Assembly (NCBI GenBank): GCA_041483195.1 | Contig: JBGPFC010000017.1 | Location: 1 to 64,000, forward strand | DNA length: 64,000 nt | Source of the DNA: Candidatus Eiseniibacteriota bacterium | GTDB lineage: Bacteria; Eisenbacteria; RBG-16-71-46 | Direction: 5' to 3' | In this document: piece by piece, positions 1-10,068 of the stretch | Numbering within the stretch: the first letter of the stretch is position 1 | Layout of the letters: the number at the start of each line of letters is the position of its first letter | Program-made: the position numbers and the translations under genes | Notes under the pieces: model-generated | Databases searched by the model: none | The model's input: only the letters and a program-made list of their open reading frames with translations | What the model was told of the DNA's origin: nothing

Positions 1-1166
<1,166 letters not shown>

Positions 1167-1194
1167 TCCAGCCGATCGCTGAAGCAACGAGTGA

Positions 1195-1228
1195 CGGGCC
1201 GGGGCGCAAGCCCCGGCCCGATTTCGTT
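1195..1228 (+). terminator. Intrinsic terminator after groEL
   Basis: 11-bp stem CGGGCCGGGGC/GCCCCGGCCCG with GCAA loop, followed by ATTTCGTT. Confidence 0.75.
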
Positions 1229-1292
1229 GGGGCGAGCGCGGTCCGAAGCCCGCGCCCGCCTCGTTCGCGGGCATGCGGCGATCGTGCCCCGC

Positions 1293-2052
1293 TCACTCCG
1301 TCACGCGCTCCGCGAGCCCGCGCTGAATCGCCTCGTCCGCGATGCGCCGGATCGCGATTCGCAAGTCCTCGCCCAGCCGCCGCTGCTCGCGTCCGAGCGC
1401 TCCCTGGCGGCTTCCCAGCTCGCGCTGGCGCTCGCCGAGCGGCTGCTGCTGGCGCCCCAGCTCGCGCTGCCGACGTCCGAGCTCCTGTAGCTCGTCCCGA
1501 ATCGATGCGCGCTCGCGCCGCAGGCCAGCTTCGTCGCCGTCGCCACGTGCCGCGCGCAGCTCGATATCGACGAGACGCCGCGCGAGCCCGCCCTGGCGCG
1601 CGCCCAGCTCGCCCTGCATGCGGCCGAGGCGGCTCTGCTCGCGGCCAAGGCGTCCCTGTTCGCGGCCGAGCTCGCCCTGCTCCCTGCCCTTCTCGCGCAC
1701 GGGCTGGAATGCGGCGTACGCCCGCTCGATCAGCCGCGCGTCGCGCACCACGTACTCTTCGTCGCCGTCGTGGAACCAGAGCAGGGGTCGCTGAGATTCA
1801 TGGAGCAGCCGCGTGACGCGTTCCTGCTGTTCGCTGTCGTACCTTGCCGGAGATCGCGTTGTCCCCGGGCTCGAGCAGGGCATAGGCGAACCCGCCGCGA
1901 TCGTCAGTGGAGTATCCGTAAGCGACCCCCGATCCCGCGTGAACCGCGGTCGCGGGATGCGCGGCCGCGGGGGTGAGCGGTCCGGCGCTGGCGGCGGCCA
2001 GCAGCGCGAGCGCGGCGGCGGCGATGACGCGTGGCGATTTCGAGATGGGCAT
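1293..2052 (-). pseudogene. Secreted heptad-repeat coiled-coil protein, interrupted by a 1-nt frameshift near 1842
   Basis: Signal peptide MPISKSPRVIAAAALALLAAASA starts at 2052 in one frame; LLWFHDGDEEYVVRD and QGELGRE-type repeats continue in another; span is 760 nt = 3n+1. Confidence 0.65.
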
Positions 2053-2295
2053 GACCGGCCCCCGTTCGAACAGTCGAGCGATTCGCGCCGGGCCGCCCGC
2101 GGGCGGCCCGACCAACCCTGAGACGGGGCGAACGGTCGAAACGTTGTCCCGTTGCGCCGGGATCGCCGCCTGTCTACGGTTCTGCCGCGCCCGTGACCCC
2201 GAACTGGCGGCTGGCCGCTGGGCGCGGCTACGGTTCGCCCGTCTTGCCCGGCCATCATGTACCCGATTCGCCATTCACGCGTGAAGGAGACTGTG

Positions 2296-5052
2296 ATGAA
2301 GAAGACGTTGCGGGTCGCCGTGGCCCTGACTGCCCTGCTGCTGCTGGGCGTGATCGGGGCCGCAGTCGCGTTCGCTGACGACGATGTCGTCTCCAAGGAC
2401 AAGAAGGATCAGCCGAAGGCCGGCGCGAAGCCCGGCGAAGCGGGCGCAGCCGGCGCGAAGCCAGAGGGCAAGCCAGGGGACGACAAACCGTTCGACGACG
2501 TCGTGAAGGACATGGAGGTGACGAAGGGCATCTTCACCTTCTACCGCAAGGCGGACGAGAACAAGATTCTCCTCGAGATCACGCCCGACCAGCTCGACAG
2601 GGAATTCCTGTTCGCCGCCACCCTCGATCAGGCGCTGGGCGAGCGCGGCGTGTACGGCGCGCAGGTGCTGGGCGATTTCCCGTTCGTCCTCCACCAGGTC
2701 GGCAAGAGCATCCAGCTGATCCAGAAGAACACCGCGTTCTACGCGCCGCCCGGCTCGCCCGCCGCGCGCGCGGTGGCGCGGTCTTTTCCGAACTCGGTGC
2801 TGGGCGCGGCCAAGCTCCAGTCCAAGCCGCATCCCGACCGCAAGAGCCTCCTGATCGATCCCGCCGACCTGTTCGTGAAGGACCTGCCGGGATTCGCGGC
2901 CGGGCTGTCGCGCACCTATCAGCCGACCAGCTACACCTTCGACAAGGAGAAGAGCGCGATCCGTGGCTACAAGGACTTCCCAGAGAACACGCTGATCGAG
3001 ATCGCGTTGCTCTACGGCACCGACAACGCGCGCACCGCCTCGGTCACCATGCCCGACGCGCGCAGCATTCCGCTGGTGGTGAAGTACGACATCTCGGTGC
3101 TCAAGACCACCGGCTACAAGCCGCGCCTCGCCGACGACCGCGTTGGGCACTTCATCAACGTGATGCAGGACTTCACCTCCGACAAGCCGTCCACGCCCTA
3201 TCTGCGGTACATCAACCGCTGGAATCTCGAGAAGCAGGATCCGAGCGCCGCGCTCTCGCCGCCGAAGTAGCCGATCGTGTACTGGCTCGAGAACACGATC
3301 CCGCTCGAGTACCGCGACGCGGTGCGCGAGGGGGCGCTGCTGTGGAACAAGGCGTTCGAGAAGGTCGGATTCAAGGACGCGGTCGTCGTGAAGCAGCAGC
3401 CAGACGACGCCGACTGGGATCCCGCCGACACGCGCTACAGCACCATCCGCTGGTTCCAGGGCGTCGACGCGACGTTCGCGATCGGGCCGTCGCGCACCAA
3501 CCCCTACACCGGGCAGATCTACGACGCCGACATCAGCATCGCCGACGGCATCGTCCGCAGCGCGCGGCGTCTGGGCGAGGAAGTCATCGCGCCCACCACG
3601 CAGTCGCTCGACGAGCCGGCGCCGTGGCTCGCGACGGCATGGAGCCGCCCGGAGCGAGCGCAGTGCAGCTACGGCGACGGCCTCGCGCAGCAGGCGGCGC
3701 TCGCCAGCGCGGTCCTCGAGGCGCGCGGTGCGCTCTCGCCAGAGGTGGAAGCGAAGCTCATGCATCAGTACATCGTCGAGCTGGTCTGCCACGAGGTCGG
3801 GCACACGCTCGGGCTGCGGCACAACTTCCGCGGCAGCTCGATCCTCAAGGTCGGCGAGCTGAACGACGTCGCGAAGACCGCGAGCATCGGCCAGTCGGGC
3901 TCCGTGATGGACTACAACCCGGTGATCGTTGCGCTCAAGGGCCAGACTCAGGGCGACTTCGTGCCGACCACGATCGGTCCCTACGACTACTGGGCGATCG
4001 AGTACGCCTATACGCCGATCGTCGGCGACGAGAAGCCAGAGCTGGACAAGATCGCGGCCCGCGCCGGCACCGACCCGATGCTCCCGTACTCGACGGACGA
4101 GGACGCGGTCGGCACCTACTCGCCGGTCTCGATCGATCCACTCGCGAACCAGTACGATCAGACCGACGATCCGCTCACCTACTTCCGCACCCGCGTGGCG
4201 CTGATCAACGAGCTGTGGGCGAACATGGACACCAAGCTCGCGAAGCCGGGCGACGGCTACCAGGTGTACCGCCGCGCTCTTTCGCGCGGCATGAACGACG
4301 AGTTCCGCTCGCTGGTGACGTCCTCGAAGATGATCGGCGGCATCTACCACCACCGCGACCACGTCGGCGACCCGGGCGGGCGGCTCCCGTACCAGCCGGT
4401 CCCGGCCGCGAAGCAGCGCGAGGCGCTCGACTTCCTCGCGACCAACGCGTTCGGGCAGAAGGCGTTCGTGATCCCGGCCAGCGTGCAGAACAAGCTGGCG
4501 ATCGAGCGCAATCCCGGGCTCGACCCCGGCTACTTCGGCGTGACGCGCATCGACTACCCGTGGCACGACGCGGTGCTCGCGGTGCAGCGCGCGGTGCTCG
4601 CGCGGCTCTACAACCCGATCACGCTCTCACGCGTGCAGGACAACGAGCTGCGCTTCGCGGCGGCGGAGAAGCCGTTCAAGATGGCCGACCTGTTCGGCGG
4701 GCTGAACACGGCGATCTGGTCGGAGCTCGACGCCGGGGCGTCCGAGGTCACGAGCGTGCGGCGCAATCTCCAGCGCGAGCAGCTGAAGCAGCTGATCCGG
4801 CTCGCGCTGCGCGAGGCGCCGCCCGCCGCGCCCTCCGCCGGCGGGTTCGGCCCGCCCGCCCCGCCGCCGCCGATGGCGCCAGAGGACGCGACCACGCTCG
4901 CGCGAGCGAGCCTGGTGCGCATCCAGGGCAAGCTCCGCGCGGCGCTCGCCGGCAAGGCGGTGACCGATGCCACCACGCGCGCCCACTTCGCGGAGACCGA
5001 CGCGCGCATTTCCGCGGTGCTCGCCGCGCAGGTGCAGCGCAATCTCGACTGA
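2296..5052 (+). pseudogene. Secreted zinc metalloprotease (DUF5117/DUF4953-like metzincin) with in-frame TAG at 3268-3270
   Basis: RBS AAGGAG and signal peptide; PRLADDRVGHF; LSPPK*PIVYWLENTIP; HEVGHTLGLRHNF and SVMDY Met-turn; both ORF halves are in the same frame. Confidence 0.85.
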
Positions 5053-5226
5053 GGTGATTCGCGGGGCGGCCCGGTGGGGCCGAGGCGCCTGATTCCCGGG
5101 GCCGCGCGCTTGCGCGGCCCCGGGCGTTTCGGGCAAACTCACTCCCCGCTTCCGGCCCGGGTGGACGGCCTTGCGCCATGGGCCAGAGGCGCCGCCCTCG
5201 CTTTCGCCCATTCGAAGGAGTCGCCA

Positions 5227-5784
5227 TTGATCGCCGCCACCCAGCTCAAAGTCGGCATGGTCATCATGCACAACGGCAAGCCGCATCGCGTGACGAACGT
5301 GCTCCACGTCACGCCCGGCAACTGGCGCGGGATGGTGCAGACCCGCCTCGTCAACATCGAGAGCGGCAGCCAGGCCGAGCACCGGTTCCGCTCCGAGGAC
5401 AAGGTGGACAAGGCCAACCTCGAGACCCACAACCTGCAGTACAGCTACCGCGGGGCCGACGAGTTCCACTTCATGAACACCGAGAACTACGAGATGGTGG
5501 CGCTCCACAGCGACGTGCTGGGCAACACGGTGGGCTACATCACGGAGGGCATGGTGCTCGAGGCGCTCTACTACGAGGGGCGCGTGGTGGGTCTCGAGGT
5601 GCCGATGTTCGTCGAGCTCGAGGTGACGGAGACCACGCCCAACATCAAGGGCGCGGCGGTGCAGAACACATCGAAGCCCGCCATCCTCGAGACCGGCCTC
5701 GAGATCAAGGTGCCGCCGTACATCGAGCAGGGCGACCGCGTGAAGATCGACACCCGCACCGGGGAATTCGTCGAGCGCGCCTGA
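5227..5784 (+). CDS. efp: Elongation factor P (TPGNWRG loop variant)
   Basis: RBS GAAGGAG with TTG start; KPAILETGLEIKVPPYIEQGDRVKIDTRTGEFVERA C-terminal signature. Confidence 0.97.
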   Translation: MIAATQLKVGMVIMHNGKPHRVTNVLHVTPGNWRGMVQTRLVNIESGSQAEHRFRSEDKVDKANLETHNLQYSYRGADEFHFMNTENYEMVALHSDVLGNTVGYITEGMVLEALYYEGRVVGLEVPMFVELEVTETTPNIKGAAVQNTSKPAILETGLEIKVPPYIEQGDRVKIDTRTGEFVERA

Positions 5785-5835
5785 ACGCCGGGCGCACGGG
5801 CGAATCGGCGCTCCGCCTCACCTCGCGCGCCACCC

Positions 5836-7746
5836 TCACATCCATTCTCCCGGCGGCGGCCGCGGCGCAGCCTCCCGCTTCCGGAACACCCACAGCCTGA
5901 ACCCCGCACCCGGCAGCTCCGATTCGGAGTCGAGCCGGACTCGCGGATCTTCGCAGAGGCGGAGGGCCGATACGCTGTCGGCCCAGACCTCGCTCCGATA
6001 GGCGGGCGTCATGGCCGCGCCGCCCGCCTCCGGCAGCGCCACCAGGATCAGGTCGCTGCGATCGATCGTGGCCTCGATCCGCGCGAGGATTCGCGGCTCG
6101 CCCGCCCCGGCCTCGAGCCACGGCGCACGCTTCGGAATCGCATCGAGCCGAAGCCCCGGCCTGATCTCGCGCGCCCGCCACGAGAGCAGCCCCGGACTCA
6201 GCGCGTACGAATAGCCGAGCAGCGTCACGCGATCGCCGCCTTTTCCCGCGCGGTCGAGCACCCGGTCCACCACCCCGAGCATGGCGTATGGCGCGCGGTA
6301 CGCCAGGCGCGCCGCCTCGACTCGCGCGACCGACGGCGCGCGAATCGCGGCCAGCGTCGCGATCAGGGCAGCTGCCCACGCCGCCTCACGCGCCGCGGAA
6401 GGCAGGCGCGCGAGCGCGGCGTCCAGCGCGTCGACGGCGGCCCGGCCCGCGTTGAGCCACACCAGCAGCGCGGTGGTGAAGAAGAAGCGCGGATCGTGAT
6501 AGCGATGCAGGGTGGTGGCGATCAGCCCCGCGAGCAGCGCGAGGTACGCGAGCCGGGCCGCGGGCCGCGAACGCGGGGGCGGCACGACCGACAGCGCCAG
6601 CACCGCCCAGCCGAGCGCGGGCGATGGCGAGTAGTCCATGGCGAATGCGCGCGGATAATAGGCCAGGCCCGCCAGCGACCACGGCTCCGGCCCGCTCGCG
6701 CGGTTCACGACGAAGCCCGCGAGCGCCTTCACGCGGTTGGGATACGGAATCGCGAGCCACGCCAGCAGCGGCGCCGCGATGGTGAGGAGCCACACGCGAT
6801 GGCGCTCCTCGATCGCGCTCCAGCGCCTGCGCCAGCGCGCGGGATCGCGCGCGATCGAGGCCGCGAGCCACGCGATGAGGACCAGCAGCAGCGCGTACGC
6901 CGGATTTCCTGCCGAGCGAACCGAGACCCGGCGCCCGCCGAGCGCAAACTCGAACCCGCCGGTCACGAGGATCGCGAGCAGCGCGACGGCCCAGAGCGCG
7001 ACGCCGAGCGGCATGGGCCGAAGCCACCCGCCCGCCCGCAGCCACGACGCGAAGCGCGCGCGCCCGGCCGTGCGCGCGCGCGGCTCGATCAGCAGCCACT
7101 CGTGCGCCGCCAGCGGAGCCAGCCACATCAGCCCGTAGTTGTACTTGAGCAGGAACAGCGCTGCGGTGCTCGCGCCCGCCGCGATCAGAGCGCCGCGGCT
7201 CGCCGGCCGGCCCGCGCAGCGCGCGTGCAGCGCGAGGTTGAGCGCGAGCAGGAACGCGCCCGCCGTCTCGATCATCCCGAGCGTGGCGAACAGATGGTAG
7301 AGCGGGGCGACCAGCAGCAGCGTGGCGGCGATCGCTCCCGCCCACGCTCCGCGCACCGGATGGAGCGCGAGGCCCGCCCCGAAGGCCAGCAGGGCGGCCG
7401 AGAGGAAGAGCGCGACGCTCATGCGCGCCGGCGTGTCGAAGCCGTTCCCGAGCACCAGGAACCACGGCGCCAGCATGAGCCCGTGCACGAACGGCCACAC
7501 CACCTGGCGATTGAGGACGGACAGCCACTCGATGAGGCGCGCGTGGCGCATCGCGTCCGCGAGCTCAAGTCCGGTGAAACCCTGCGCGGCCTCGTCCCAG
7601 AGCGGGAGGCCGCGGCCCGCGCGGACGACCTCGATGAGCCGCGGGCAGACGGCGAGCGCGGCGATCAGCGCGATGGTGGCCGCGACGACCCACGTGACTG
7701 CCGCGGCGTATCGGGGCACGCCGGCCACGCGCGCGTCGTTCGTCAC
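5836..7746 (-). CDS. ArnT/PMT-like (GT-C) membrane glycosyltransferase
   Basis: N-terminal TM followed by WDE motif; many TM helices; LLKYNYG; periplasmic C-terminal domain. Confidence 0.7.
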   Translation of the reverse strand: MTNDARVAGVPRYAAAVTWVVAATIALIAALAVCPRLIEVVRAGRGLPLWDEAAQGFTGLELADAMRHARLIEWLSVLNRQVVWPFVHGLMLAPWFLVLGNGFDTPARMSVALFLSAALLAFGAGLALHPVRGAWAGAIAATLLLVAPLYHLFATLGMIETAGAFLLALNLALHARCAGRPASRGALIAAGASTAALFLLKYNYGLMWLAPLAAHEWLLIEPRARTAGRARFASWLRAGGWLRPMPLGVALWAVALLAILVTGGFEFALGGRRVSVRSAGNPAYALLLVLIAWLAASIARDPARWRRRWSAIEERHRVWLLTIAAPLLAWLAIPYPNRVKALAGFVVNRASGPEPWSLAGLAYYPRAFAMDYSPSPALGWAVLALSVVPPPRSRPAARLAYLALLAGLIATTLHRYHDPRFFFTTALLVWLNAGRAAVDALDAALARLPSAAREAAWAAALIATLAAIRAPSVARVEAARLAYRAPYAMLGVVDRVLDRAGKGGDRVTLLGYSYALSPGLLSWRAREIRPGLRLDAIPKRAPWLEAGAGEPRILARIEATIDRSDLILVALPEAGGAAMTPAYRSEVWADSVSALRLCEDPRVRLDSESELPGAGFRLWVFRKREAAPRPPPGEWM

Positions 7747-7768
7747 GGCGCGTTCGGCGAGCGGGAGA

Positions 7769-8950
7769 TCATCCCTTCAGCAGGTTGAAGATCTCCTGAT
7801 TGGACTTGCACCGGTTCAGGAGCTCGAGGAGCTTCGTCATCGCGTCCTGGTTCTGAAGGCCCGCCAGCCCGCGACGCAGCAGATGGAGCCGGGGCACGAT
7901 CTCGGGCGGATAGAGCTTCTCCTCCTTGCGCGTGCCGCTCTTCGCGATGTCGATCGCCGGGTAGATGCGCCGCTCCGCGAGCTCGCGCGACAGCACCAGC
8001 TCCATGTTCCCGGTGCCCTTGAACTCCTCGAAGATCACCTGGTCCATCCGCGAGCCGGTGTCCACCAGCGCGGTGCCCACGATGGTGAGCGATCCGCCGC
8101 CTTCGATCTTGCGCGCCGCTCCGAAGATCTGCCTCGGCGCCTGCATCGCCTGCGAGTCGAGCCCGCCCGACATGGTGCGGCCGCTGCCCTCCGAGCCGGC
8201 GTTGTACGCGCGCGCGAGGCGCGTGATCGAGTCGAGCAGCAGCACGACGTCCTTCCCCTGGAGCACCTGGCCGGCCACCACTTCCATCGCGTGCTCTGCG
8301 GTCTCGATGTGTTCGTCGATGCTCATGTCGCTCGAGGCGGCGATCACCTGCGCCGGGGTGTTGCGGCGGAAATCGGTGACCTCCTCCGGCCGCTCGTCAA
8401 CCAGCAGCGCGTAGATGCCGACCTCCGGGTGATTGAACGCGATCGACGCCGCGATGATCTGGAGGATGCGGGTCTTCCCGGCCTTGGGCGGCGACACGAT
8501 GAGGCAGCGCTGGCCGCGGCCGATCGGGGTGACGATGTCGATCGCGCGCCCGGTGATGCGATCGCCGTATGGCGGCTCGCCCTTGCCGGGCGGCAACTCG
8601 AGGATCAGGCGTTCGGTGGGGTCGAGCGCGACGCCGATCTGCTGCATGTCGCGGAGCACCTCGAGGCCGCGGCGCGGCTCGCCGCCGTTTCCACGCCCCG
8701 GGCCGCGTCCGCGTCGCCCGCGCCGCTGCTGCTGGATGCGCGGTCCGCCGCCCTCCCGGCCCTGCGAGTTGTTGTTCCCGTACGGTTGCGGCGCGCTGTT
8801 GTTGAGGGGACGGCCGGGTCCGCGGGGACGGCGGCGGCGGCGGCGGGCGCCGCCTTGCGGTGGAGGGGCGGAAATGCCCGCTTCGGGATTCGGGGGTCCG
8901 CCCGGCTGGTCCGGTCTAGGGCCGCGAGGACGGCGACGACGTGGTCGCAT
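7769..8950 (-). CDS. rho: Transcription termination factor Rho, atypical N-terminus
   Basis: PIGRGQR, PPKAGKT, DERPEEV, LDSITRLARAYN, IFEEFKGTGNMEL, SGTRKEE. Confidence 0.95.
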   Translation of the reverse strand: MRPRRRRPRGPRPDQPGGPPNPEAGISAPPPQGGARRRRRRPRGPGRPLNNSAPQPYGNNNSQGREGGGPRIQQQRRGRRGRGPGRGNGGEPRRGLEVLRDMQQIGVALDPTERLILELPPGKGEPPYGDRITGRAIDIVTPIGRGQRCLIVSPPKAGKTRILQIIAASIAFNHPEVGIYALLVDERPEEVTDFRRNTPAQVIAASSDMSIDEHIETAEHAMEVVAGQVLQGKDVVLLLDSITRLARAYNAGSEGSGRTMSGGLDSQAMQAPRQIFGAARKIEGGGSLTIVGTALVDTGSRMDQVIFEEFKGTGNMELVLSRELAERRIYPAIDIAKSGTRKEEKLYPPEIVPRLHLLRRGLAGLQNQDAMTKLLELLNRCKSNQEIFNLLKG

Positions 8951-9275
8951 GAGGATTCCTTCAGTGTGGTCCGCCGCCCGCGCGCTTCGGATCGTCGTGA
9001 TCCGACGCGTGCGTCGGGCGGGACTCGGTTGAGCCAGAACAGACGCGATGCATGGAGTTGCCCGATCTCAGGGATGCCGCACGTTCGGGCGCACCAGGCA
9101 CCACATTGCATCCTTCCCGGTCATCGAGTGCTGCGCGCCGTGCCGACCGCAAGCTCGCCTCGCAGGGCAGCGAACGTGGGCGCGACGATGGGGCGGGAGG
9201 CCACCTGCGGGAGCGGCTGCCTGGCGCGACATCGGCGCCCGGCGCGTTAATCCTCCTGCGCTCAGGTGTGCGGCG

Positions 9276-9304
9276 ACAGTATCCCGCGCACCCCCGCTTG
9301 TCCA
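9276..9304 (-). promoter_or_regulatory. Putative sigma70 promoter for rho (about 320-nt leader)
   Basis: TGGACA-N17-TACTGT on minus strand. Confidence 0.45.
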
Positions 9305-9366
9305 GCGCGGGTTTTGCCCGGCGCGCCCCGCCCGCTTCGTGCGGCCCGCTGCACCCCGCCGCTCGT

Positions 9367-9918
9367 TCAGCGCGGTTTGCCGCTCCATTCCGTCTCGGGC
9401 ACTCCCGCGCGAAAATTGCACCACCTCGCGATGACGAACAACAGGTCGGCGAGGCGATTGAGGTAACGCACCACCCGCGGATCGACGGTCTCGCTCGCCG
9501 CCAGGGCGACCACGCGGCGCTCGGCGCGGCGGCACACGGTGCGCGCGCGATGGAGCTCGGCCGCCAGCGGCGTGCCGCCCGGCAGGATGAAATGCTTGAG
9601 CGGCGGCAGCTCGGCATCGAGCCGGTCGATCCACGCCTCGAGCGCGCGCACGTCGTCGTCGGAGACGCGCGCCAGCGACTGCAGCTGCGCCGCTTCCGCG
9701 GTCGCGAGCTCGGCCCCGAGATTGAAGAGCCGCGCCTGGATCGCGGGCAGCTCGCCGGCGAGCCATCCTTCGCGATCGAGCGCGAGCGCCGCGCCGAGCG
9801 CGGCGTTGAGCTCGTCCACCTCGCCGTACGCTTCCACGCGAGGCGCGCTCTTCGGCACGCGCCCCGGGCCGATGAGCCCGGTGTTGCCGTCGTCGCCTGA
9901 GCGCGTGTAGATCTTCAC
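9367..9918 (-). CDS. pduO: ATP:cob(I)alamin adenosyltransferase, PduO type
   Basis: KIYTRSGDDG, YGEVDELN, FILPGG, ARTVCRRAERR, YLNRLADLLF; GTG start. Confidence 0.95.
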   Translation of the reverse strand: MKIYTRSGDDGNTGLIGPGRVPKSAPRVEAYGEVDELNAALGAALALDREGWLAGELPAIQARLFNLGAELATAEAAQLQSLARVSDDDVRALEAWIDRLDAELPPLKHFILPGGTPLAAELHRARTVCRRAERRVVALAASETVDPRVVRYLNRLADLLFVIARWCNFRAGVPETEWSGKPR

Positions 9919-10068
9919 GCGCGGCAGTCTATGGGCGCGCGCGGCGGGGCACAAGCAAACGCCGGAGGATCGCACGCGCGGGCGGCGCATCGGCCCGCTT
10001 GCCTCCCGGCCCCCGGTGCGGCATCATGTTTGGCCCTTCCCGCATCCTGGAGGCAACGCCCGAACCCG

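Noticed and set aside
3268..3270. Genome-wide amber recoding or pyrrolysine
   Set aside because: TAG ends many conserved genes at expected positions; no pyl genes seen
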